Origin: Gemmatimonadota bacterium
GTDB taxonomy: Bacteria; Gemmatimonadota; Gemmatimonadetes; Gemmatimonadales; GWC2-71-9
Assembly: GCA_039584325.1 (NCBI GenBank)
Contig: JBDGYA010000009.1
Location: 944-64,943 of the forward strand
DNA length: 64,000 bases
Direction: 5' to 3'
In this document: piece after piece, positions 16,152 through 25,568 of the stretch
Position numbering within the stretch: position 1 is the first letter of the stretch
Layout: each line of letters opens with the position of its first letter
Notes under the pieces: generated by a model
The model's input: the letters and a program-made list of their open reading frames with translations, nothing else
Told to the model about the DNA's origin: nothing
The model's database searches: none
Translations under genes and position numbers: made by a program

Positions 16152-18772
16152 GCATTCGAGCGATGCGGTGCGGATTCCAGACCGCACGCCGTCTGCTCGC
16201 GACGCTGATCGTCATCGCGGCCCCAGCGGCCGGCGCGCAACAGTCGTTGCCGGCCGTGTCCAAGTTCACGATCGAATCCTCGCCCATCACGTTGCACGGT
16301 GACGTCCGACCTCGCCAATACGTCGGCGTGATCGGCCGGGCGGCGGCGTGGCTGGGCGTCGAGACGGGTGAGGCCGAGCTGTGGGTGCATCCACTCAAGC
16401 TCGCGTCCGATTTCCAGTTGTCGTTCGTGATCCCCGACTACATGGAGCCCGTACGTGGGTCCGACGTCGCGCGAACGGTGGACATCCGACCCGAGATCAC
16501 GACCATCACGTACAGTCACGCGACATTCACGGTCCGGCAGCACATCCTGGCACCGCTCGACGAGCGGGGACTGCTCGTGCTGCTGGACGTGGAGACCCTT
16601 CGCCCGCTCCAAATCATCGTCGGCTTCCAGATGGTGCTGCAGGATGCGTGGCCTGGTGCATTCGGTGGCCAGTATGTCTTCTGGAACGCCGAGGAGCGGG
16701 CGTTCGTGCTATCGGAGAGTCAACGGCGCCGCAGCGCGCTCATTGGATCACCGTGGGCGGCGGCGGCGTCGGAGCATCCGGCCCATGCCCTGCCGGACGC
16801 GCCCAGCACCTTCGTCATCCCCGTGGACACCGCACGCGCCCGCGGCGAGTTCATCCCGATCGCGATCGCGGGGGGCATCGAGTCGCGCGACGCGGTCGTT
16901 GCCCGCTACCGGCGGCTACTACGGGATGCGGAAGCACTCTACCGGCAGAAGCTGCGCCACGTCAGCGCGCTGCTGACAGAGACGACTACGCTCGACACCC
17001 CCGACGACGATCTCGATCTCGCCTTCCAATGGGCCAAGGTGAATCTGGACGAGGCGCTCACCTGCAATCCCGATCTCGGCTGTGGGCTGGTGGCCGGCTG
17101 GGGACCATCGGGTACCGGGCTGCGCGCGGGCTTCGGCTGGTTTTTCGGCGGCGATGCTGCGATCAACTCGTTCGCGATGGATGCAACGGGGTTGTGGGAC
17201 CAGGTCGCACAAGGACTGCTGTTTCTCGCCACGTACCAGCGTGACGACGGCAAGATCCCGCACGAGATCAGCCAGGCGGCAGCACATATCCCGTGGTTCA
17301 CGGATTATCCCTACGCGTACTATCACGCCGACACGACGCCGTTCTGGCTGGTGGCGCTGTGGCGCTACTGGCGCGCTTCGGGCGACACCGCATTGCTTGA
17401 CGAGCTGTGGCCCGCCGCCGAGCGTGCCTACCGGTGGTGTCTCACCCGGGAGACGGACGGTGACGGCATCATCGAGAACGGACCGGGCAACCTCGGAGCG
17501 ATCGAGGTCGGCGCACTCGGCGAAGGCATGCACCAGGACATCTATCTCGCTGCGGTCTGGATCGAGGCACTCGAGGCGATGACGGACCTGGCCACCGCCC
17601 GGGGCCAGGTCGATCTGGCCCGGGAAACAGCGGCCCTCCACGAGCGGGCAGCGCGGTCACTCAATGCGATGTACTGGCGGGAATCGGACGGGCACCACGC
17701 ATTCGGAATCCTGACCTCCGGACGCACGAACGACAATCTCACCGTGTGGCCGGCTACCGCCGCGGCGTTCGGTCTGCTCGACTCGACCCGTGCCGACCGG
17801 ACGCTCACTAAGCTCGCGACCGACTCGATTACGGCAGACTGGGGCGCCCGAATCCTCTCGACCGGCAGCGCCCTGTACGATCCGATGCACTACAACAACG
17901 GTGCGGTGTGGCCGTTCGTGACCGGGTTCGTGATCTGGGGCCAGTACACCTATCGCCGCCCGTGGTCCGGGTTCGGGCTCATCGATGCCCTGAAGCAGCT
18001 CACGTTCGACTGGGCGCGGGGCCGGCATCCCGAACTGTTGTCGGGCCGCTTCTACCGTCCCCTGGATACGGCGGTACCGCAACAGTTCTTTGCGACGTCG
18101 ATGCTCCTCTCGCCGGTCGTGATGGGATTGGTGGGGTGGGAGCCGGACGCCCCGGGAGGCCGCGCTCGGCTCGCTCCGCAACTCCCGCCGCAGTGGGGAC
18201 ACGTGGTCATCCGGAACCTGCGGGTCGGTGCGACGACGCTGGATGTGGAGATCGTGCAGTCAGATACCGCTCGCACCACGACGGTACGTCGCCGCGGGCC
18301 GCCCATCGAGCTGCAGCTGGTGGACGCGTTCCCCCCCGGAGCGGACGCGGTCCGGCACTCATCGGGATCGGCGGAGGGATCGGGTCGCGAAGTCGTTTCC
18401 CGCACGCCTCACGAGATCGGCCTGACCCGCATTCAACGTCTCTCGGCCGAGGCCACGCGCTTCGAGGCATCCTGGTCCGGCGGGGTGGCCCTGGTGCCGC
18501 CGACGGTGAGGTTGATACCGGGCCAGACATCGGGCGGGCTGCGTATCCTCGATTTCCGGCATGACGGTGGGTCGCCGGACGGTGCGTGGCAACTGACGCT
18601 GGACGGACGGGCCGGGCAGGCGTATCGCGTATGGCTCCGCACGCCCCTGCCGCTGCGAGTCGAGGGAGCCACGCTTTCGGCGGAGGGGCAATCCCTGATG
18701 TCGCTGGCGGTCCGCATGCCGGCAGGCAGCGGCCGTATCGTGCACACCGTTCGACTGTGGACAGACCGATGA
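16148..18772 (+). CDS. Secreted (alpha/alpha)6-barrel glycoside hydrolase, glycogen-debranching (GDE_C)/GH63-like
   Basis: 874 aa. Signal peptide 'RRLLATLIVIAAPAAGAQQ'. 'YAYYHADTTPFWLVALWRYW' and 'DGDGIIENG' are barrel-type motifs. The GTG start overlaps the yajQ stop (GTGA). Confidence 0.6.
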   Translation: MSIRAMRCGFQTARRLLATLIVIAAPAAGAQQSLPAVSKFTIESSPITLHGDVRPRQYVGVIGRAAAWLGVETGEAELWVHPLKLASDFQLSFVIPDYMEPVRGSDVARTVDIRPEITTITYSHATFTVRQHILAPLDERGLLVLLDVETLRPLQIIVGFQMVLQDAWPGAFGGQYVFWNAEERAFVLSESQRRRSALIGSPWAAAASEHPAHALPDAPSTFVIPVDTARARGEFIPIAIAGGIESRDAVVARYRRLLRDAEALYRQKLRHVSALLTETTTLDTPDDDLDLAFQWAKVNLDEALTCNPDLGCGLVAGWGPSGTGLRAGFGWFFGGDAAINSFAMDATGLWDQVAQGLLFLATYQRDDGKIPHEISQAAAHIPWFTDYPYAYYHADTTPFWLVALWRYWRASGDTALLDELWPAAERAYRWCLTRETDGDGIIENGPGNLGAIEVGALGEGMHQDIYLAAVWIEALEAMTDLATARGQVDLARETAALHERAARSLNAMYWRESDGHHAFGILTSGRTNDNLTVWPATAAAFGLLDSTRADRTLTKLATDSITADWGARILSTGSALYDPMHYNNGAVWPFVTGFVIWGQYTYRRPWSGFGLIDALKQLTFDWARGRHPELLSGRFYRPLDTAVPQQFFATSMLLSPVVMGLVGWEPDAPGGRARLAPQLPPQWGHVVIRNLRVGATTLDVEIVQSDTARTTTVRRRGPPIELQLVDAFPPGADAVRHSSGSAEGSGREVVSRTPHEIGLTRIQRLSAEATRFEASWSGGVALVPPTVRLIPGQTSGGLRILDFRHDGGSPDGAWQLTLDGRAGQAYRVWLRTPLPLRVEGATLSAEGQSLMSLAVRMPAGSGRIVHTVRLWTDR

Positions 18773-19299
18773 CCGAGCTACGCACGTTGATATCCGAAGC
18801 CGACATTCAGCGCCGAGTCCGCGAGCTGGCGGCAGAGATCTCACGCGATTACGAGGGCAAGTCGCTCACCCTGGTCGGTGTGCTCAAGGGGGCGTTCGTC
18901 TTCCTCGCCGATCTCGCCCGGCACCTCACGGTGCGCCGCGAGATCGAGTTCATGGCGCTCTCGAGTTACGGCATGAAGACGACGCACAGCGGTGCCGTCC
19001 GCGTCATCATGGACCTGCGTCAGAACATCGAGGGCAAGCATGTGCTGATCATCGAGGACATCGTCGATACCGGGCTGACCCTGCACTACCTGCTCGAACT
19101 GCTCAACACGCGGGAGCCGGCGTCCGTACAAACGTGCGCGCTCGTGCGGAAGAAGGACCGGCACGAGGTGGACGTCACGATCGACTATGTCGGCTTCGAC
19201 ATTCCCGATGTCTGGATCGTGGGCTACGGCCTGGACTACGCCGAGGACTACCGCGCGTTGCCGTACATCGGGGTCCTCGAGCCTCCACCCCAGGGCTGA
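18769..19299 (+). CDS. hpt: Hypoxanthine phosphoribosyltransferase
   Basis: PRPP-binding 'VLIIEDIVDTGLTL', then 'VGYGLDYAEDYRALPYIGVL'. The ATG overlaps the upstream stop (ATGA). Confidence 0.9.
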   Translation: MTELRTLISEADIQRRVRELAAEISRDYEGKSLTLVGVLKGAFVFLADLARHLTVRREIEFMALSSYGMKTTHSGAVRVIMDLRQNIEGKHVLIIEDIVDTGLTLHYLLELLNTREPASVQTCALVRKKDRHEVDVTIDYVGFDIPDVWIVGYGLDYAEDYRALPYIGVLEPPPQG

Positions 19300-19312
19300 C
19301 AGGAGCGGAGCC

Positions 19313-19342
19313 CGACGGGGCCGGCAGACACCGGCCCCGTCG
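19313..19342. terminator. 12-bp GC-rich hairpin between convergent hpt and the M28 peptidase gene (possibly bidirectional)
   Basis: cgacggggccgg-cagaca-ccggccccgtcg, a perfect inverted repeat. Confidence 0.5.
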
Positions 19343-19364
19343 TCGTCCGATCGCCGAGGGACGC

Positions 19365-21038
19365 TCACTCCCTCCCCGCCATCATGGAGTCCCGCGCCGC
19401 CTTGAACTCGCTGCCCTCGCTCCAGTTGGGCCACGTTTCCTCATTGGCCAGGCGATACCCGACGCGGAAGATCAGCTGCAAGTCGTCCACGGCCCCCCGG
19501 AGATCCCAGGCGGGGTCGTACTCGTCGGACGGCTTGTGGTAGTACTCGGCTTCGTACCGATCCATCTGCTCGCGGGTCCATGACTCGCCGCGCTCGACGT
19601 GATCGACGCCGACGTCTGCGTAGAGGGCCGGCACGCCGACCTTCGCGAAGTTGAAGTGGTCGGACCGGTAGTAGGATCCGGCCGACGGACTGGGGTCGGG
19701 TCGGATGCGGCGCTCCTGCGCCTCGGCTGCCGCGGCCACATAGTCGTCCAGCTCCGACTGCCCGAGTCCGATGACCGTGACGTCGTTCATCGGCCCGTAC
19801 ACGTTCAGCACGTCCATGTTGACCGCCGCGACCGTCCGGTCGAGCGGGAACAGCGGGTTGTCGGTGTAGTGCGCCGATCCGAGCAGCCCCTGCTCTTCGG
19901 CGGTGACCGCGAGGAACACGATCGATCGCTGGGGCGCCGGATCCGCCTGCGCGAATGCGTCGGCGAGGACCAACAGCCCCGCCGTGCCCGTCGCGTTGTC
20001 CTGCGCTCCGTTATAGATCTGGTCGCCGTCCAGCGAGCGATCCATACCGAGGTGGTCCCAGTGCGCCACGCAGATCACGTACTCGTCGGGGCGCTCCGTC
20101 CCCGGCAGAACGCCCACCACATTGCGGGAGGTGGAGCGGCGAACCGTGTTCTCGAGAGTGAACGCCGCCTGCAGCCGCATGGCTGTGGCGCGAAACTCCC
20201 GCGTGGCTGCCTGCTCCTGCAGCGCGTCGAAGTCGAGGCGCGCCCGCTCGAACAGGACGCGCGCCGTCTCCTGCGATACCCATCCCTCAAGCGCGACGCG
20301 GGACATGTTGCTGTCCGCCCGTACCAGATCAAACTGCTCACCGCTCCAGCTGCCGCGCACGACGGCCCACGGGTAGGAGGCCGCGTCGGTTTCGTGGACG
20401 ATGATGGCCGCCGCCGCCCCCTGCCGCGCCGCTTCCTCGAACTTGTAGGTCCACCGGCCGTAGAAGGTCATGGCGTTGCCGGTAAACAGGTTCGGGTCCT
20501 GCGTGGCAAAGCCCGGATCGTTGACCAGCATCACGACGGTTCGCCCCGTGACGTCCACATCGGCATAGTCGTTCCAGTCGTACTCCGGGGCGACGATGCC
20601 GTACCCGACGAAGACCATGTCTGCGTTGTCGACGCGGACGGACTCGACCACCCGCGTGGTCCAGGCCATGAACTCCGAGCCATAGGTGAAGCGCGAGGTC
20701 CCGCCATCCCCGCGCACCGTGAAGGTCGCCGCGGTCGGGTCGGTAGCGATCGAGACCAGGGGCACCCCCTGGACGTAGCTGTCACCGTTGGCCGGCTCGA
20801 GACCCATCGTCCGGAACTCGCGCTCCAGATACGCCACCGTCCGCTCCTCGCCCCTGGAGGCGGGGCTGCGCCCTTCCATGGAGTCGGCGGCGAGGATCCC
20901 GATGCGCCGGTGCAGATCCTCGGTGGTGATGGCCGCGAGCGCGCCTCCGTCGGGGGGGCCGGCCTGCTCGCCGCAGGCTGCAGCGAACCACATGACGGCC
21001 GATACTACAGCCAAGCGTACTCTCACGAGTCTCGACAC
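19365..21038 (-). CDS. M28 family aminopeptidase with PA domain, secreted
   Basis: Signal peptide/lipobox-like 'VVSAVMWFAAACGEQ'. 'HWDHLG', 'GAQDNATGTA', 'LAVTAEEQGLLGS' and 'YHKPSDE' match M28 zinc-ligand blocks. GTG start follows AAAGGAG. Confidence 0.8.
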   Translation of the reverse strand: MSRLVRVRLAVVSAVMWFAAACGEQAGPPDGGALAAITTEDLHRRIGILAADSMEGRSPASRGEERTVAYLEREFRTMGLEPANGDSYVQGVPLVSIATDPTAATFTVRGDGGTSRFTYGSEFMAWTTRVVESVRVDNADMVFVGYGIVAPEYDWNDYADVDVTGRTVVMLVNDPGFATQDPNLFTGNAMTFYGRWTYKFEEAARQGAAAAIIVHETDAASYPWAVVRGSWSGEQFDLVRADSNMSRVALEGWVSQETARVLFERARLDFDALQEQAATREFRATAMRLQAAFTLENTVRRSTSRNVVGVLPGTERPDEYVICVAHWDHLGMDRSLDGDQIYNGAQDNATGTAGLLVLADAFAQADPAPQRSIVFLAVTAEEQGLLGSAHYTDNPLFPLDRTVAAVNMDVLNVYGPMNDVTVIGLGQSELDDYVAAAAEAQERRIRPDPSPSAGSYYRSDHFNFAKVGVPALYADVGVDHVERGESWTREQMDRYEAEYYHKPSDEYDPAWDLRGAVDDLQLIFRVGYRLANEETWPNWSEGSEFKAARDSMMAGRE

Positions 21039-21116
21039 GATTGCTCCTTTGGACGAACAGCTGCTCCGGACGGTCGTTGGACAATATATGGTGGGGCGCC
21101 AGTCCGATTCAGCCCG

Positions 21117-22301
21117 CTAGTGCTCACTCATCGCGTGCCGACGCGCAAGGATCGCCAACACGCTGACCGGGAGAGCGACGACCAGGCTCGCCAGGGCACC
21201 GGCGAGCCGACCGGCAAGTCGCACGGCCATCCCCGGCAGCGGATACCGATCCTCCAGGCGAGCCAGCCACTTGTGCTGCGAGCGACCTTGTCGGACGAGC
21301 AGCCGTTGCCAGAAGCCACGCCGCGCAGCACTGCCGAGCAGGATCGCAAATGACGTCCGGTAGGACCACTGCATCAGTACCGTTGGCAACTCATACCGAT
21401 GCAGAAGGTGTCGCACGGCATAGGTCGCAGCTGCGTCCCGGTGGGAGGCATGCGACACCGGCTCTCCGCGATGGAGGGCACCCGCCTCGCGAAGAACCGC
21501 CACGAGGGCGTCGCGCTCCGGATGCGACGCGATGCGCTGCTCAACGTCGCACAGTGTCTCCGGTGAGTCGGCGAGCTGCGATGCGAGGAGCAGCAGCTCC
21601 CTGATGTTGCTCCGACGATTCGGATGCTCGACGACGACATGGCTGAGCATGAGCTGCACGTGGTCGGCGGGGGCGAGGGTCCACAGACCCGCATGCTCAG
21701 AACAGGGCCGGGTGCCGTTCCACACACTGCGGTCGAGCCTACCACCGTCGAAGTCCAGCGTGAAGTGCACATCGATCTTGAGGAGATCGCCATCGCTCAT
21801 CCCGGAGATGTGGCGGGCACTGGCTCCGCCGCCTGCATCCGAGTATCCCGCGCGCTTCAGCTCCGCGGCCACAGCGTGCACGTGATCGGGATGCACCAGG
21901 ACGTCGACATCTTCCATGTCGACGGCGCGAATCGGATCCAGGGCGGCGGCGGCAGCCTTGAACACCACGACGGGCCATCCGTGACGATGCCCGATCACCG
22001 CGAGGGCCCGCAGATGACGCTGCGCAGACTTGATCCGCGCGCGCTCCGCCTCAGCGCGCATCCGGAGTTGGCCGATCCGCTCTCGCGATATGCCAGTGAG
22101 GCCACGCCCACTCTCGAGCAGCCGGACCAGCGGCAGCCCGCACCGCTCACCCTCGAGGAAGAGGCTCCAGGCAGCCGACGACGCATCGGGACACGCGGCG
22201 TCTGCGCGTCCGGCGAGCGCAGCCAGGGCCCAGGTGCGCAGCGCGAGGGCCCCCCGTACGTCCGCCACGATGCCGGTGGAGGGGCGGCGGCTCGCCGTCA
22301 C
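21117..22301 (-). CDS. Uncharacterised nucleotidyltransferase family protein (PF14907/NTP_transf_5-like) with C-terminal hydrophobic anchor
   Basis: 'VVVFKAAAAALDPIRAVDMEDVDVLVHPDHVHAVAAELKRAGY' matches the KG...R..DiDlLv...Gy core. C-terminal 'ALASLVVALPVSVLAILA'. The GTG start overlaps the upstream stop (GTGA). Confidence 0.6.
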   Translation of the reverse strand: MTASRRPSTGIVADVRGALALRTWALAALAGRADAACPDASSAAWSLFLEGERCGLPLVRLLESGRGLTGISRERIGQLRMRAEAERARIKSAQRHLRALAVIGHRHGWPVVVFKAAAAALDPIRAVDMEDVDVLVHPDHVHAVAAELKRAGYSDAGGGASARHISGMSDGDLLKIDVHFTLDFDGGRLDRSVWNGTRPCSEHAGLWTLAPADHVQLMLSHVVVEHPNRRSNIRELLLLASQLADSPETLCDVEQRIASHPERDALVAVLREAGALHRGEPVSHASHRDAAATYAVRHLLHRYELPTVLMQWSYRTSFAILLGSAARRGFWQRLLVRQGRSQHKWLARLEDRYPLPGMAVRLAGRLAGALASLVVALPVSVLAILARRHAMSEH

Positions 22302-23308
22302 TCCGCGACGCCCGCCAGCTCGCGGAACAGCCGGTGCAGTTCGGGAATGGCGTCACGGGGATCGTCCGTGAGCGAGAGCCGCCATCCGGGAGAGCGGCTC
22401 AACCGGTCGATGGCAGGCCCGATGGTCTCACGGAACAGATCGAAGCCGGTTTCGAGATCACTGAGCGCTGTTGCGATTTCGGCGGGAGTCGCCGGTTCCA
22501 GCACCGCCGCTCTCCCACCCCGACGGCTGAGGAGACACACGCTGACCCTGTCGACACGACCCCGATCGACTGCACGCTCCGCCCCGACGGGGACGACCAG
22601 CTTCTCTTCCCCGCTCGACATCACCAGTGGCCGCAACTGCCGAAGCTCCGGAAAGAACGCGGTAGCCCCGACCGGCAGCTGCATCCTCGTCGCGAGCCCC
22701 CAGATGGCGAATCGATCGCGAAGCTGCACCCAGACCATGTCCTCCGCGAGGAGCCGGCATCCCTCACGCATTCCGGCGTACGTCAAGCTGCTCTTGCCGA
22801 CCCCCGCGGGACCCACGAGCAGTACCGCATGGCCGTCCCGCTCGAGTCCCGCAGCGTGAATCGGTTGCCGGTCCAACACGGTCAGATGGAACATCGCCAG
22901 CGCTTCCAGCACGGCGTAGCGAAAATGCTCCCGGTCGTGCACCAGCGCCGGCGCCACATGCGCCACGCTCTGCAGGCGGGCGATGTCTGCCGTCGCGACC
23001 ACGCCCGGTCCTCCAATGAGCAGTCGTTCCGCGTCCGGCATGCGATACGTGAGACGCCGGTGCGCCGCGTCGCCCAATGCCTCGTCGAGGACGATTCGCA
23101 CGGTCACGGGGCCGACGTCCGCGGCCGGCTCGCCGTCAAGGACTTGCGTCCACGCTCCGAGTCCCTCTGTGGCAATGTCGACAACGACCGGAGCATTGGA
23201 CTCGAAACGCGTTCGAATTCCCAGCACCGGGATCTCTACCGCGTGCCCGCACCGAATGTCTCGTCCGAGCGGATCGGCCCACGGATCGTGCTCGAAGTCG
23301 GCGGTCAT
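22298..23308 (-). CDS. HPr-kinase-related (HprK-like) serine kinase
   Basis: 'IHAAGLERDGHAVLLVGPAGVGKSSLTYAGM' matches the HprK C-terminal kinase core and P-loop. The ATG overlaps the upstream stop (ATGA). Confidence 0.65.
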   Translation of the reverse strand: MTADFEHDPWADPLGRDIRCGHAVEIPVLGIRTRFESNAPVVVDIATEGLGAWTQVLDGEPAADVGPVTVRIVLDEALGDAAHRRLTYRMPDAERLLIGGPGVVATADIARLQSVAHVAPALVHDREHFRYAVLEALAMFHLTVLDRQPIHAAGLERDGHAVLLVGPAGVGKSSLTYAGMREGCRLLAEDMVWVQLRDRFAIWGLATRMQLPVGATAFFPELRQLRPLVMSSGEEKLVVPVGAERAVDRGRVDRVSVCLLSRRGGRAAVLEPATPAEIATALSDLETGFDLFRETIGPAIDRLSRSPGWRLSLTDDPRDAIPELHRLFRELAGVAE

Positions 23309-24432
23309 GCCAAAGGGCCTCCATACTCGCGCACGTCAGCGTAGAGCGCCAGGAAACGCGCCGCCGTCCAGTCGGCATCCTCACGGCGCGCGCGGTTCTG
23401 TGCGGCTGCGGCAATCGCCAGGCGGCGTTCCTCGTTTCCCAGTACGGCCGCGATCGCGTCGGCCAGCGCCACCGGATCGGCCACGCGCACGGTGACGGCT
23501 GCCTCGGGCGCCCAGTCTCGAATCTGCCCGACCCCGGTACCGACGGTCGGTACTCCCACGGCTGCAGCCTCCGACAACACGACCGGACCCGCCTCGTGCC
23601 GTGAGGAGACGACGAGCAGATCGGCCGCCTCGAGCACGGGTCGCAGCTCGGCTTGCGTCAGGAAGCCGTGAAAGGTGACGTGTGAGTCAATACCGGATTC
23701 GCCTGCGAGGCGGTGAACGGCTCCCTTCAGCGTATCCTGTCCCACGACGTCAGCGTGGAAGCGTACCCCAGAAGCGGCAAGACGCGCCAGCGCTCGGATC
23801 ATGGTCAGTTGATCTTTCACCCGGTTGAGGCTCCCCACATGCACCAGGCGAGCCGGACGGCTCGGGTCACGGGGACGCGGTGGTCGCGGTGGCCAGTCCT
23901 CCAATCCCACGCCGAGTGGAACCCGCTCGGCCCGCCGGCCAAGTCGGCGCACGGCATCGATGACCGTGTGGCTCGCCGCTGAGACCACATCTGCGCTGCG
24001 GACCACGAACCGCCTGCGGGCGCGTCCGAACTGCGTGCGGTATCCGCCGTAGCCGATGTCGGGGAGGTTGACCAGCTCCCCCCCGGCGACGTGCACGAGT
24101 ACCGGACGGCGGATGAGGGCGCCAACGGCAATCGCGATCTCACCCGGTGCACCCGCCCAAAACGCGTGCACGAGATCGAAGCCGCATTCCCGGTGTGCGG
24201 CGACCATCAGCGCGACCGCACGCACGCGGGTGAGTGTATCGCCGATGTTGTCGACCGGCACGCCGGACAGGACGAACCGACTTCGCCTCGATTCCTGCCG
24301 CAAGCTAAATACCCGTAGATCCACGCGTCGGGAGATTCGCCGCATCAGCCAGAGGAGTGCCGGGATGATCCGGCGCTCCCCGGAGCAATCCACTCCACCC
24401 GGAACGACCCAGGCCACTCTCACTGCCCGCAC
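23305..24432 (-). CDS. Glycosyltransferase family 4 (GT-B, GT1/GT4)
   Basis: C-terminal 'LLVVSSRHEAGPVVLSEAAAVGVPTVGTGVG' is an EX7E-type block. The N-terminal domain is Rossmann-like. Confidence 0.8.
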   Translation of the reverse strand: MRAVRVAWVVPGGVDCSGERRIIPALLWLMRRISRRVDLRVFSLRQESRRSRFVLSGVPVDNIGDTLTRVRAVALMVAAHRECGFDLVHAFWAGAPGEIAIAVGALIRRPVLVHVAGGELVNLPDIGYGGYRTQFGRARRRFVVRSADVVSAASHTVIDAVRRLGRRAERVPLGVGLEDWPPRPPRPRDPSRPARLVHVGSLNRVKDQLTMIRALARLAASGVRFHADVVGQDTLKGAVHRLAGESGIDSHVTFHGFLTQAELRPVLEAADLLVVSSRHEAGPVVLSEAAAVGVPTVGTGVGQIRDWAPEAAVTVRVADPVALADAIAAVLGNEERRLAIAAAAQNRARREDADWTAARFLALYADVREYGGPLA

Positions 24433-25559
24433 CCCACGGTCTCGTACATGGCTCGGAGCTGACGTCCAACAGCGGCAAGAGAGAGCTCCCGCGCAGAGAA
24501 CGTGAGCGCCTGCTGCCGCCGAACGTCAAGGGGAACGTCCCACCACTCGCGCAGTCCGCGAGCCATGGCAGGGGCGTCGCCGGGAGGGGTGATTGATCCG
24601 ATGCGTCCTTCATCGGTCAAACGTCGGAACGACGGAATGTCGGTGACGATCGGGGTGACCCCGCAGGCGAGTCCCTCCAGTACGGCATAGCCGCTCCCCT
24701 CGCGGTGGCTCCCCAGCATGAGGAAGTCACTGGCGCGCAACAGCAGCTCCACATCTGCGTGCGGGAGCGGGCCGAGCAGGTGCACCCTGCCCCGCAGCGC
24801 CGGATCTTCGGCGATGCGACGGTCCACCAAGTCGAGCAGCGGCGCTTCCCCGTAACAGCACCAGAGATGGGGATCGGGCAGTGAGCCCGAGGCGCGCGCG
24901 AAGGCCTCGAGCACCGTGAGCGGATCCTTGTTGGCATTCAGGCGGCCGACGAATGCTATGCACGGCGCACCGTGCACACCGATCCGCCTCCGAGCCTCTC
25001 CGCGATCCCCCGGCGTGAACCGCGAGAACGACTCGGGCACGTCGAAGACCGGCACGTCCGTTCGCACGATGCCGGCCTCCAAGAAGGGGCGGGCCTGCTC
25101 CTGATCCGTGAAGCTCACCGCCGACACACCGCGGTAGCAGCGCGCAGCAATGGCCCGTCGCCAGCCCCTCGCGGGGATGCCGCCATGATCCTGCACCAGC
25201 AGCGGCGTGCTCGACATTGCCCGCTGCAGCCACCACGTCGCGATCGGAGCCGTGAACCCATGGACGTGCACGACGTCGGGGCCATGCGATTGCAGCCGAT
25301 GGACCAGGCGTCGGGGCAGAACATGACACTGGCGGGTGCCGGGGAGCGGTGCACAGACATCGTGAACGAAGTGATACGCGACCCCGTTCCGCTCGACGGT
25401 CGTATCCCGGTCGGCCGCTTGCACGACCACCACGTCAGCGCCGGCGTGCACCACCGCCTCGGCCACATCGGAGAGTGTCGGCCACGCTCGCAGGAGCATC
25501 TCCGGGTCGCGACCCATTCGGTCTCGAAAGAAGCTAACCTGCACTACTCGCATCCCCAT
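24420..25559 (-). CDS. Glycosyltransferase family 4
   Basis: 'FLMLGSHREGSGYAVLEGLACGVTPIVTDIPSF' is an EX7E-type block. It overlaps the downstream GT gene by 13 nt. Confidence 0.8.
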   Translation of the reverse strand: MGMRVVQVSFFRDRMGRDPEMLLRAWPTLSDVAEAVVHAGADVVVVQAADRDTTVERNGVAYHFVHDVCAPLPGTRQCHVLPRRLVHRLQSHGPDVVHVHGFTAPIATWWLQRAMSSTPLLVQDHGGIPARGWRRAIAARCYRGVSAVSFTDQEQARPFLEAGIVRTDVPVFDVPESFSRFTPGDRGEARRRIGVHGAPCIAFVGRLNANKDPLTVLEAFARASGSLPDPHLWCCYGEAPLLDLVDRRIAEDPALRGRVHLLGPLPHADVELLLRASDFLMLGSHREGSGYAVLEGLACGVTPIVTDIPSFRRLTDEGRIGSITPPGDAPAMARGLREWWDVPLDVRRQQALTFSARELSLAAVGRQLRAMYETVGCGQ

Positions 25560-25568
25560 TATCCGCCC

